From Candidatus Halarchaeoplasma halalkaliphilum (GTDB lineage Archaea > Thermoplasmatota > Thermoplasmata > Halarchaeoplasmatales > Halarchaeoplasmataceae): 39,143 nt of DNA. The stretch lies in contig SLLU01000095.1 in the NCBI GenBank assembly GCA_007133925.1, positions 1 through 39,143 of the forward strand, given 5' to 3'. Shown here piece by piece: positions 16,830 to 26,082 of this stretch (its first letter is position 1; every line of letters starts with the position of its first letter). A model generated the notes under the pieces. It did no database searches. It was not told where the DNA came from and worked only from the letters and a program-made list of their open reading frames with translations. A program made the translations under genes and the position numbers.

Positions 16830-18031
16830 TGTTGATATTGGATGGAATTGGTGACAGACCAGTCAAGGAAATCGGGAACAGAACACCTCTGGAGGCAGCT
16901 CACACTCCAAATCTGGACAGATTTGCCACGAACGGTGTGAACGGCATCATGGACACAATCGCACCGGGAATAATCCCCGGGAGTGACACGGGGCATCTGG
17001 CATTGCTGGGGTATGACCCATATCAGGTATACTCCGGAAGGGGGCCTTTCGAGGCATCTGGTTTGGACATGAATCTTCACCGGGGCGAGGTTGTCTTCAG
17101 ATGTAATTTTGGTACTTTGGAGGAGGGTATTGTGACTGACAGGAGGGCTGGGAGGATCAAGGATGGTACGGATCTTCTGGCCAAGGCCATCAACCAAATG
17201 AAATTCGACATAGATTTTGTGTTCAAAGAGAGCGTTGAACACAGGGCCGTCCTGGTTTTCAAGGATCCGAACCTGGGGCCCTTGGTTTCCGATACGGACC
17301 CCCATCTGGAAGATCGGCCTTTACTGGTATCCCGGGCAGACGATAACAACTTACCCAACCTGCGTACCGCGGGGTTGATAAACAAATTCACGGAGATGAC
17401 CACCGCTATATTATCCGAGCATCCCGTCAATCTCGAAAGGGTTGAAAGGGGAGAACCACCGGCCAATGTGATATTATCACGTGGAGCCGGATCCGTACCC
17501 GATATGAGTTCTCTGGAAAGCTTGAAAGGTATCAGGAGCGCGGTTATCGCAGGTATACCCCTGGTCAGGGGTGTCTGCGGATTGGCGGGCATGGACATCC
17601 TCTCCGCTCCGGGTGCCACAGGTGGACTGGATACGGACCTGGAATCCATCTTCAAAACGATCGTGGGTAACATTGACGATTATGATTTCATACTGGTGAA
17701 CATAAAGGGGCCCGACATACCAGGACACGACGGAGATCACTCGTGCAAAATCGAATTTATAGAAAAGATCGATGCCGCACTTCCATTGCTGGAGTCCATG
17801 GAAGATACCTACATAGCCATAACCGGAGATCATTCCACACCGGTAATGGTGAAGAACCACAGTGGGGATCCGTTACCCCTTACCATAATCGGTAAAGAGG
17901 TACGGGTGGACGATGTTGCCTCATTTGGCGAACGTTCCTGTGCCAAGGGTGGTCTGGGTAGGATAAGGGGTATGGACCTATTGAACATACTGTTGGACCT
18001 GGCAAAGAGGGCTGAGAAGTTCGGAGCCTAG
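16811..18031 (+). CDS. apgM: 2,3-bisphosphoglycerate-independent phosphoglycerate mutase, archaeal type
   Basis: The N-terminus is MLILDGIGDRPVKEIGNRTPLEAAHTPNLDRFATNGVNGIMDTIAPGIIPGSDTGHLALLGYDP, with ...ITGDHSTP... further on. Length is 400-406 aa. The start is either 16811 (19-nt overlap with DUF92) or ATG 16829 (a TAATG 1-nt overlap). Confidence 0.88.
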   Translation: MVSRIVMLILDGIGDRPVKEIGNRTPLEAAHTPNLDRFATNGVNGIMDTIAPGIIPGSDTGHLALLGYDPYQVYSGRGPFEASGLDMNLHRGEVVFRCNFGTLEEGIVTDRRAGRIKDGTDLLAKAINQMKFDIDFVFKESVEHRAVLVFKDPNLGPLVSDTDPHLEDRPLLVSRADDNNLPNLRTAGLINKFTEMTTAILSEHPVNLERVERGEPPANVILSRGAGSVPDMSSLESLKGIRSAVIAGIPLVRGVCGLAGMDILSAPGATGGLDTDLESIFKTIVGNIDDYDFILVNIKGPDIPGHDGDHSCKIEFIEKIDAALPLLESMEDTYIAITGDHSTPVMVKNHSGDPLPLTIIGKEVRVDDVASFGERSCAKGGLGRIRGMDLLNILLDLAKRAEKFGA

Positions 18032-18525
18032 CGCTTGTACCCGATATCCCTGAGGAATTGTTTTCTCCAGGTCCTATCTTTTTCTCCTTCAATACCCAAG
18101 GTGGGACTGCCGTCTATCACACCTAGCACCCCCCTTCCCCCACTATTCACAGCCACTATCACCTGCACCGGGTTCGCAGTGGCACAGAATATCCCGCATA
18201 CTTCCTGCACCTGTTTCACCCGCGGCAGTACGTTTATGGGGAACGTGCCATCCAGTACTATGATGAAAAAATGACCTGTATTTATGCTTCTTGCATTCTC
18301 TATGGCCAGTTCCGTGCACCTCTCGTCAGTTCCGTCGTATCTCACCAATCTGTCTCCCGAGGCCTCGCAGAACGCCACTCCGAACTTAATACCCGGAACC
18401 GAGGACACCAAAACCTCATAAATGTCCTCCACCGTCTTTATGAAGTGGCTTTGACCCAGTATCACATTCATCTCCATTTCCTTTATCACATCAACGCATT
18501 CCAGTTCCATGAAATGGTCATGCAC
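18028..18525 (-). CDS. Adenosine-specific-kinase family protein (PF04008-like, small archaeal protein)
   Basis: The sequence NVILGQSHFIKTVEDIYEVLVSSVPGIKFGVAFCEASGDRLVRYDGTD...GHFFIIVLDGTFPINVLPRVKQVQEVCGIFCATANPVQVIV...FLRDIGYK matches my recollection of this family. The start may be ATG 18510 (MELECV). Its stop overlaps the convergent apgM stop in the tetranucleotide CTAG. Confidence 0.6.
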   Translation of the reverse strand: MHDHFMELECVDVIKEMEMNVILGQSHFIKTVEDIYEVLVSSVPGIKFGVAFCEASGDRLVRYDGTDERCTELAIENARSINTGHFFIIVLDGTFPINVLPRVKQVQEVCGIFCATANPVQVIVAVNSGGRGVLGVIDGSPTLGIEGEKDRTWRKQFLRDIGYKR

Positions 18526-18601
18526 GGGGCGGTTAAAAACATTTACTCACCCTCATGAAGATTCGAAAGACTTTAAATCACCGTCATCTTACCATTAGTG
18601 C

Positions 18602-21451
18602 ATGAATGAGTATGACCCTGATACCATAGAAAAAAAATGGCAGGATAAGTGGGAAGACCTCAAGATGCACCATGCAAAGGTGGACGAGGATAAAGACCCT
18701 TTCTACATCATCTTCGCATATCCGGGCATATCGGGTTACCTTCACCTGGGTCATATGAGATGTTACACGTACACCGATTTCATAGCCCGCTACAAGAAGA
18801 TGAGGGGGTACAGCGTGCTTTTCCCCGCAGGGGCCCATCCCACGGGTAATCAGGTGATCAGCTTCGCTAAGCGGGTGGCGGAAAAGGATCCCGTGATCAT
18901 GGACTATCTCCGATCCAATGGCGCTTCTGAGAAAGACATAGGGAAATTATCCGTTCCCGAAGGTGTGATAGAGTTCTTCAAGGAAACGTACATAAAAGAG
19001 TGGAAGAATTTCGGGCTCCACATCGATTTTTCACATTTCACAGATACATCCCGTGAGGATTATTCCAGTTTTATAAGATGGCAATTCAAGAAACTGAAGG
19101 ACAAAGGACTGCTGACACAGAAGCCTTATTACGCACCGGTATGCGTTAGCTGCGGTCCGGTGGCGGTGGACCCCTCCGAAACGGACCTATCACAGGGAGG
19201 GAACGCCGAGGTTCAGGAGTTCACTCTTTTAAAATTTAGATTCGGGGAGCGGTACATAACCGCTGCAACTTTGAGACCGGAAACAGTGTACGGTCAGACC
19301 AATCTGTGGGTCGATCCTGACGAGGATTATGTGATTGTCAAGGTCCAAGGAGAGGAGTGGATTATGAGTTCTCCTGCCATGGACAAATTGAGCTACCAAA
19401 CTGAGGAAATCAAAATGGTGGGACGTATTTCAGGCAGGGATATGATAGGAAAAAATGCCACCGCACCGGTGATACACAGGGATATCCCCATACTACCTGC
19501 TAAGTTCACAGATCCTAACATCGGTTCCGGCATAGTAACCAGTGTTCCCAGCGACGCACCCTACGATTGGATCGCCCTTGAGGATTTGAAGAAGAACCAT
19601 GAGATGTTGAGCAGGTACGACCTGCAGGATATCGTGGAACGGGTAAACCCCATACCCATAATAGAGTCCAAGGAGTGGGGAACAAACCCCGCTGAGAGGA
19701 TAATTCTTGAGATGGGTATAAACTCTCAGGCTGAAACAGATAAGCTGGAAGATGCAACTCAGAGGATATACAAAGCGGGCTTTCACTCCGGGACCATGCT
19801 CGAGTCATGTGGGGACTATGCCGGGATGGCGGTTCAGGAGGCGAAGGAGAATATAAGGAACGACATGCTCGCCTCCCGGGAGGCCATCATTTTTCGCGAC
19901 CTTTCGGAAGAGGTCATATGTCGCTGCGGCGAAGAGGTTATCATGGGCAAGATCCCTGACCAGTGGTTCATACGCTATTCCGACGAGAAACTCACAGAGG
20001 AATGCAAAGAGCACGTAAAAGATATGTCCATCCGCCCGGACTCTTATGCCAATACTATTCCGGAAACCCTGGAATGGTTCCAGGACCGTTCCTGTGCTAG
20101 GATGGGAAACTGGATCGGTACGAAATTTCCCTTTGACGACAAATGGATAGTGGAGGCTATATCGGATTCCACCCTTTATCCGGCCCATTACGTGGTCGCA
20201 AAGCATTACAACCGCGGTAGTTTTCAAGCAAAGCAGATGACGGAAGATTTCTTCGATTTTGTTTTTCTGAACGAAGGATCGGTCGAAGATGTTTCCGATT
20301 CCACAGGCATACCCGAAGATACCCTGCTGGAAGTGCGCAGGGACTTTTTGTATTGGTATCCCCTGGATATCAACCTTGGGGGCAAGGAGCACATGACGGT
20401 ACATTTTCCAGTCTTTTTGATGAACCATGTGGCCATACTAGACAGATCACACTGGCCCCGGGGCATAATGGTGAACTGGTACCTCACCATGACCGGTGGA
20501 AAGATATCAAAATCCAAGGGTGGTGCAGATCCCATACCTGACGTGGCGGATAGATTTGGTATAGATACATTACGACTGTACTACGCACACTCCGCAAGCC
20601 CCTTCGTGGACAAGGAATGGGATGAAAAAGAGGTTTTCAACTACAGAAAGCGATTGGGGCATCTGTGGCGTATGGTCCACAGGATCAAAGAAATGAACGG
20701 TTCTCCGGGTCCCGTTGACGGATACCTCCGCTCGAGGTTCAACCGTCATCTGGCAAGGGCAATGGATTTCATGGATAGTTACAGCATAAGAAAATCTGCC
20801 AACGTGATCTTCTATGATATCGCGGCTGAATTCGAATGGTACTTCAAAAGAGGTGGAGAAAACGGTGAGCTAATGGATGAACTAGGGGAGAAGTGGGTCA
20901 ATCTCATGTCCCCTTTCGTACCTCACATGGCTGACGAATTAGGTTCATTGTGGGGGATCGAATACGTCAATTCGTCTCTACTTCCCAACGTTGAAGAAGA
21001 GGCGATATCAGATAACATCGAAAGACAGGAGACATACTTGAAAGGCGTAATGGAGGATATAAGGAACATCCTTGACATCGCCAAAGTGGCGGGGAACTGT
21101 ATCCACATATACGTTACACCTGAGTGGAAGGTCAAGGTAATAGAAAAGGTCCTCTCCGAGCCGGAAAGGGGTATGGGACTAATGTCCGGCTTAGTGGGGG
21201 AACTCAAGGCACCTCCAAAGGAGCTTTCAAAATTTTTAAGAAGAACCCTTGATGAGCACAGGGCAAATCAAGAAACGCTGAAAAACTCAGTGGCCATAAA
21301 GGAACTGGATATACTGGAAAAAAACATAGATTTCCTTGAAAAAGAGTTCGATACATCCGTGAAGGTCTACCTTGCCTCAGATGAAGTTTATGATCCGGAT
21401 AACAGAAAAGATAAGGCTATCCCCGGTAAACCGGCCATATACATCCAATGA
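18602..21451 (+). CDS. leuS: Leucyl-tRNA synthetase (archaeal/eukaryal type)
   Basis: 949 aa. Motifs: AYPGISGYLHLGH (HIGH variant HLGH), RYKKMRGYSVLFPAGAHPTG, and KMSKS as GGKISKSKGG. The size and C-terminal extension are typical of archaeal LeuRS. Confidence 0.88.
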   Translation: MNEYDPDTIEKKWQDKWEDLKMHHAKVDEDKDPFYIIFAYPGISGYLHLGHMRCYTYTDFIARYKKMRGYSVLFPAGAHPTGNQVISFAKRVAEKDPVIMDYLRSNGASEKDIGKLSVPEGVIEFFKETYIKEWKNFGLHIDFSHFTDTSREDYSSFIRWQFKKLKDKGLLTQKPYYAPVCVSCGPVAVDPSETDLSQGGNAEVQEFTLLKFRFGERYITAATLRPETVYGQTNLWVDPDEDYVIVKVQGEEWIMSSPAMDKLSYQTEEIKMVGRISGRDMIGKNATAPVIHRDIPILPAKFTDPNIGSGIVTSVPSDAPYDWIALEDLKKNHEMLSRYDLQDIVERVNPIPIIESKEWGTNPAERIILEMGINSQAETDKLEDATQRIYKAGFHSGTMLESCGDYAGMAVQEAKENIRNDMLASREAIIFRDLSEEVICRCGEEVIMGKIPDQWFIRYSDEKLTEECKEHVKDMSIRPDSYANTIPETLEWFQDRSCARMGNWIGTKFPFDDKWIVEAISDSTLYPAHYVVAKHYNRGSFQAKQMTEDFFDFVFLNEGSVEDVSDSTGIPEDTLLEVRRDFLYWYPLDINLGGKEHMTVHFPVFLMNHVAILDRSHWPRGIMVNWYLTMTGGKISKSKGGADPIPDVADRFGIDTLRLYYAHSASPFVDKEWDEKEVFNYRKRLGHLWRMVHRIKEMNGSPGPVDGYLRSRFNRHLARAMDFMDSYSIRKSANVIFYDIAAEFEWYFKRGGENGELMDELGEKWVNLMSPFVPHMADELGSLWGIEYVNSSLLPNVEEEAISDNIERQETYLKGVMEDIRNILDIAKVAGNCIHIYVTPEWKVKVIEKVLSEPERGMGLMSGLVGELKAPPKELSKFLRRTLDEHRANQETLKNSVAIKELDILEKNIDFLEKEFDTSVKVYLASDEVYDPDNRKDKAIPGKPAIYIQ

Positions 21452-21496
21452 GAATCGTACAAAACCCTTATATCCTGAGCGCCGAATTGAAGTTTT

Positions 21497-22687
21497 ATGA
21501 AAGCTGTCATCCTTGCCGCAGGAGAGGGACGGAGATTGAGACCTTTCACCTCGTCCGAACCAAAGGTGATGATCCCCGTGGCAAACAAACCCATACTTCA
21601 GTATGTGGTCGAAGCGCTGGTAAGTAATGATATCCATGACATCATCATGGTGGTGGGATACCACCAAGAGAAAATCAAGTCCTTTTTCGGTGACGGGGAT
21701 GAATTCGACGCCCGGATATCTTATATAGAACAACCGAAACAGTTGGGGACCGCCCATGCCCTTTACCAAGCTAGAAATTCCGTGGAAGAGAATTTTATCG
21801 TGTTACCCGGAGACAATTTGGTCAGCACGGACACCATAGACGATCTGGTAAATGAGGGCAAAACCTCCTCTGTGCTCATAACCACTAGCGATGAACCGTC
21901 CAAGTACGGGGTTGTTTCCATGGAGAATGGTATAGTGGAGGATATAGCTGAAAAACCTGAACATAGTATAAGTCACCATATATCCACTGGCATCTACTAT
22001 CTGTCAAGGGATGTGTTTTCCAGGATCGAACAGTTGATGGCAGATAATACCTACGATCTCACATCGGTCCTTAATTCCCTGAAGGACATCCGAGAATTGA
22101 ATGGCATACATACTGAGTCCATGTGGATGGATGCTGTGTATCCCTGGGACCTTCTCTCCCTCAATTCCGCAGCTCTCCATGAACTTGCCACTGCAAACAG
22201 AGGTATGGTCGAGAAAGGAGTTATCATCAAGGGACCTGTATCCATAGGGGAGGGCTCCGTTATAAAGGGGGGTGCGTATATAGAAGGGCCAGCCATAATC
22301 GGTGAAGGATGTGAAATCGGACCCCACACCTGTATATTACCCTCATCCAGTATAGGAAACGATTGTACTGTCGGGGCCCATACCATCATATGTAACTCCA
22401 TCGTCATGGATGGTGCGAGAATCGGATATAAATCTATACTGGAATCATCGATCATCGGAGAAGGTGTATCCATCGGTGCGGGGTTCGTATCCCACACAGA
22501 TGTAGTGGATATTATTATCGAGGGTCACCTGGAAAGGGTTGAGAACATAGGATGTATGGTCGCTGAGGATACCACTATGGGTGGAGGCGTAACATGCTAT
22601 CCTGGAGTCATCATCGGCGATCGGTGTGACATCCGCACCGGGTCTTTATTGAGGGATAACGTACTTCCGGGGAGCAGCGTGAGGTGA
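21497..22687 (+). CDS. glmU: Sugar-1-phosphate nucleotidyltransferase fused to a left-handed beta-helix acyltransferase (archaeal GlmU-like)
   Basis: The N-terminus is MKAVILAAGEGRRLRPFTSSEPKVMIPVANKPIL (NTP-transferase G-x-G-x-R-L loop). The C-terminal third is made of hexapeptide repeats (IGEGSVIKGGAYIEGPAIIGEGCEIGPHTCI...IGNDCTVGAHTII...). It lies directly upstream of glmS. Substrate specificity was not determined. Confidence 0.7.
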   Translation: MKAVILAAGEGRRLRPFTSSEPKVMIPVANKPILQYVVEALVSNDIHDIIMVVGYHQEKIKSFFGDGDEFDARISYIEQPKQLGTAHALYQARNSVEENFIVLPGDNLVSTDTIDDLVNEGKTSSVLITTSDEPSKYGVVSMENGIVEDIAEKPEHSISHHISTGIYYLSRDVFSRIEQLMADNTYDLTSVLNSLKDIRELNGIHTESMWMDAVYPWDLLSLNSAALHELATANRGMVEKGVIIKGPVSIGEGSVIKGGAYIEGPAIIGEGCEIGPHTCILPSSSIGNDCTVGAHTIICNSIVMDGARIGYKSILESSIIGEGVSIGAGFVSHTDVVDIIIEGHLERVENIGCMVAEDTTMGGGVTCYPGVIIGDRCDIRTGSLLRDNVLPGSSVR

Positions 22688-22693
22688 GTACAT

Positions 22694-24478
22694 TTGTGTG
22701 GAATAGTGGGTTACACAGGAAAAAATAACGCCCGGGAGATCCTCTTGAAGGGATTGGGTAGGCTGGAATATAGGGGCTATGACTCTGCCGGTGTTGCTCT
22801 CGCCGGGGAGAGTGGCATATACATACAGAAAAAAAAGGGCAGGCTCAAGGAATTGGATGCAAAAGAGATACCCAGTACAAATATCGGAATAGGTCATACC
22901 CGGTGGGCTACCCATGGGAAACCCTCAAACGAGAATTCCCACCCTTTCAGTGACTGCACTGGCGACATCGCCATCGTGCACAACGGAATAATAGACAATT
23001 TCATTCACCTCAAGGAGGACTTGATAAACAAAGGGCATGAATTCACCTCGGAAACGGACAGTGAGATCATCTCACATCTGCTGGAGGAACATTTCAATGG
23101 GGATCTAGTGGATACACTGAAGATCGTTGTAAAGATGTTGAAAGGTTCCTTTGCCATCTGTGCCCTGCAAAAGGATTCTAAAAACATCGCGGTGGCACGG
23201 AACCAGAGCCCTCTGGTCATCGGTTTGGGTGTGGGAGAAAATTTTGTGGCATCAGATGTCCCTGCCATCCTGGATTATACAAACGAAGTCAAGTACCTTG
23301 AAGACGGAGACGTTGCCCTACTTACACCAAACGAGGTGCGGATATGGGATTCACAGGATGCCCTGGTTGAAAGGGATGTGGTTGAAATTCAATGGACCAT
23401 AGAGGATGCCGAAAAGGGTGGTTACGAACACTACATGTTGAAAGAGATCCACGAACAGCCCAAGGCGATACACGCTTCTCTGCTAGGACGGCTGGGAGGA
23501 TTCACCGAAGTAGATCTAGGCAAATATGACACAGAATTCATAAGGCTCATATCCTGTGGCACCTCCTACCACGCAGCTCTGGTGGGTAAATATCTCATAG
23601 AGGACATAGCCAGGATCCCGTGTACCGCTGAACTCGCATCTGAATACAGATACTCATCTCCTTCCGAGCTTCACCCGTTTACCATACTGATCAGTCAGAG
23701 CGGTGAAACAGCTGACACCATCGCAGCGGCCAAGGAAGCAAAGAGGAGGGGCTGCAAAACCCTTGCTGTTACCAATGTCATGAACAGCAGCATCACCAGG
23801 GAGGTTGACGAAGTGATATTCACCCATGCTGGTCCGGAGATCGGTGTTGCCGCTACAAAAACCTTCACCACCCAGGTTATAATGATGTACCTGATCGCCA
23901 TAGAGCTGGGCTTGAAAACAAAGAGATTACTGAGAGAAACTGCCCAGGAATACAGGGATGAACTCAGAAGGATACCCCGTCATGTGAGGGTCCTGCTGGA
24001 CCGATCAGAGGATATAGAACGGGTCAGCGAGAAGTTGATAGGGGCGGATGATATCTTCTTCGTTGGTCGTCATCTGAATTACCCCGTAGCACTGGAAGGG
24101 GCGTTAAAGCTCAAAGAGATCGCGTATATACACTCCGCAGGGTACCCTGCAGGAGAGCTCAAGCACGGCCCCTTCGCCCTGCTTACCAATAGGACTCCTG
24201 TGGTGGCCATCTCCGTGAAGGATCACACCTTCGAGAAAATGCTCGGTAACATAGGAGAAATAGCATCCCGTGACAGTCCCATCATCGCTGTAGGCGATCA
24301 TGACCCTGAACTGGAAAAACTATCGGATGATCTCATAACGGTACCTTCCGTACCTACTTTATTCTCTCCCATCCTGGTGAATGTTGTACTCCAGTTGCTT
24401 GCGTATTACACTGCATACAAGCTTGAATGTGCCATAGATAAACCAAGGAATCTGGCCAAGAGTGTGACCGTGGAATGA
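22694..24478 (+). CDS. glmS: Glutamine--fructose-6-phosphate aminotransferase (isomerising)
   Basis: The gene uses a TTG start followed by CGIVGY (Ntn catalytic Cys after Met removal). It has two SIS domains (ISCGTSYHAALVGKY...; FFVGRHLNYPVALEGALKLKEIAYIH) and the canonical C-terminus DKPRNLAKSVTVE. Confidence 0.93.
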   Translation: MCGIVGYTGKNNAREILLKGLGRLEYRGYDSAGVALAGESGIYIQKKKGRLKELDAKEIPSTNIGIGHTRWATHGKPSNENSHPFSDCTGDIAIVHNGIIDNFIHLKEDLINKGHEFTSETDSEIISHLLEEHFNGDLVDTLKIVVKMLKGSFAICALQKDSKNIAVARNQSPLVIGLGVGENFVASDVPAILDYTNEVKYLEDGDVALLTPNEVRIWDSQDALVERDVVEIQWTIEDAEKGGYEHYMLKEIHEQPKAIHASLLGRLGGFTEVDLGKYDTEFIRLISCGTSYHAALVGKYLIEDIARIPCTAELASEYRYSSPSELHPFTILISQSGETADTIAAAKEAKRRGCKTLAVTNVMNSSITREVDEVIFTHAGPEIGVAATKTFTTQVIMMYLIAIELGLKTKRLLRETAQEYRDELRRIPRHVRVLLDRSEDIERVSEKLIGADDIFFVGRHLNYPVALEGALKLKEIAYIHSAGYPAGELKHGPFALLTNRTPVVAISVKDHTFEKMLGNIGEIASRDSPIIAVGDHDPELEKLSDDLITVPSVPTLFSPILVNVVLQLLAYYTAYKLECAIDKPRNLAKSVTVE

Positions 24479-25611
24479 GTGAGTTGTTCGAAGCATACCA
24501 GGAGCACAAGGCCCTTTTTTGGTCCGTAATACTCATAGGTATCCCTGCCTTTCTGTTCATAGGTAGCTTACTATTTCCCGAAGTCATATGGGACTCTTTC
24601 CTGTGGAGATACATTTGGGGTCCTGTGGTAGCCGATTCCAGGGGAGAAGCGGTGAACGGCATAACATCGGGTTACAACATCGTTAACACCGCAGTGTATG
24701 CGATAACACTGCTGGTTGCACTCCTGGGTATATTGGAGATATTCAAGAAGTACAATATCAACATGGATCGTACACTCATACTATCCCTTATCCCATGGGT
24801 GATACTGGGCGGAACACTCAGGAGCCTGGAGGACGCATACTTCTTCACTCAATCCATCAGCCCTTTTTTCATCTCCCCGGTGATCTATTTCACACTGGGA
24901 GTCTCCTCCATATTCGTACTGGTACTGGACGTATCCTTGTTCCCCCTTGAGAAACAGCCTTTGTATGTGAAAGTCATATTGATGATTCCCCCCGTTCTGA
25001 CATCCCTATATCTATCCCCCACATATCGTCTCATCATTTTTGTTATTGTGATTTGCACGCTGGTCCTCATGTACCTCTATTGTGCATACAAAAAGCACCC
25101 CTATCCCTTATTGACATGCTACGGCACATCCGTTCTTCTCTTTACGTTTTTTTTCATTACCAATCATCTCATAACTATGGAAGGTACAAGGTCCATGGAG
25201 ATATTCGTGATAATGTTATTAACTTCGGTTTCAACTATCACCATCCTGTTCATCAGTAAGTTGATGTCCTCCAGATATTCCTCCATGAAGGCCTTCTTAG
25301 TGGCACTGAATCCCCTGATAATATTCTCTCACATGCTGGATGCATCGGCCACCTATCGCGGTATTAGTGCCTATGGATATACCGAGAAGCATGTTCTCCC
25401 TGCTCTGGCCATAGACATCATAGGGACACCCCTGGTCATGTATCCCCTCAAAATTGCCGTCGTTTTCCTTGTAGTGTTTTCCCTCGATATATGGTTCCGC
25501 GAAGAGATGGACGAGATGCCCGATGTGAAAAATCTGATAATACTGGTCATAATCATATTGGGTATTGCCCCTGGAATACGCAACATGTTACGTATCTCCA
25601 TGGGCGTGTAA
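24475..25611 (+). CDS. DUF63-family archaeal integral membrane protein
   Basis: 378 aa and polytopic. The blocks WRYIWGPVVADS...GYNIVNTAVYAITLLVALLGI... and ...HMLDASATYRGISAYGYTEKHVLP match the DUF63 pattern as I recall it. Its ATG overlaps the glmS stop (ATGA). Confidence 0.6.
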   Translation: MSELFEAYQEHKALFWSVILIGIPAFLFIGSLLFPEVIWDSFLWRYIWGPVVADSRGEAVNGITSGYNIVNTAVYAITLLVALLGILEIFKKYNINMDRTLILSLIPWVILGGTLRSLEDAYFFTQSISPFFISPVIYFTLGVSSIFVLVLDVSLFPLEKQPLYVKVILMIPPVLTSLYLSPTYRLIIFVIVICTLVLMYLYCAYKKHPYPLLTCYGTSVLLFTFFFITNHLITMEGTRSMEIFVIMLLTSVSTITILFISKLMSSRYSSMKAFLVALNPLIIFSHMLDASATYRGISAYGYTEKHVLPALAIDIIGTPLVMYPLKIAVVFLVVFSLDIWFREEMDEMPDVKNLIILVIIILGIAPGIRNMLRISMGV

Positions 25612-25641
25612 AAAAAGGAGGGGAGATTTTTTATCGTAAAG

Positions 25642-25662
25642 GGCCCGAGGGGGACTCGGGCC
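25642..25662. terminator. GC-rich hairpin between convergent genes
   Basis: GGCCCGAG-GGGGA-CTCGGGCC forms an 8-bp perfect stem. It follows the DUF63 stop and a T-run (ATTTTTTA, 25627-25634), and lies just 3' of the convergent RHH gene. Confidence 0.5.
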
Positions 25663-25678
25663 GGTTAGAGGGCATCCC

Positions 25679-25912
25679 TTACCTCTTGAGGTATTCTTCT
25701 TTTATCGCCTTTGCATGAGCCATCTTTTGCTCCTGTTCGATTATCTTTTCGACTTTATCCGCAACGAGTTCGATACGGTAATACAGCATGTCCCTCACCG
25801 CAGTTCTGATGGCTTCTGATCGGCTGGGGAAATCATCCATCTCCACTAGAAAATCCACACTCTCAAGATGGCTTTTTGGCAATCTTATGGTGATTTTTTC
25901 TGTTTCTGACAT
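25679..25912 (-). CDS. Ribbon-helix-helix (CopG/NikR-N-like) DNA-binding protein
   Basis: 77 aa. EKITIRLPKSHLESVDFLVEMDDFPSRSEAIRTAVRDML is a textbook RHH beta-strand plus two helices, followed by a charged helical tail. Confidence 0.75.
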   Translation of the reverse strand: MSETEKITIRLPKSHLESVDFLVEMDDFPSRSEAIRTAVRDMLYYRIELVADKVEKIIEQEQKMAHAKAIKEEYLKR

Positions 25913-26082
25913 ATTTGATACCCCATTGTACCTTTAACGGACATCCTATAGCCGCCAATAGTATGACAGAAGGATGGGAGTATTTAAAAATTTCTATCAC
26001 TTTCCTGAAAATTCGGTGCAGATAACACATCGGTGCAAATTCATAGAAAATTATTTACACTATTCATGAAATACACGGGATA

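Noticed and set aside
16598-17673. Long antisense ORFs (235 aa and 198 aa) opposite apgM. Similar shadow ORFs lie opposite leuS (19805-20428, 207 aa), polC (7328-7849, 5729-6184) and the aminotransferase (3855-4361).
   Set aside because: Each lies entirely within a confidently identified gene on the other strand. None has a recognisable motif, start context or TATA. They are typical frame -1/-3 shadows of coding sequence.
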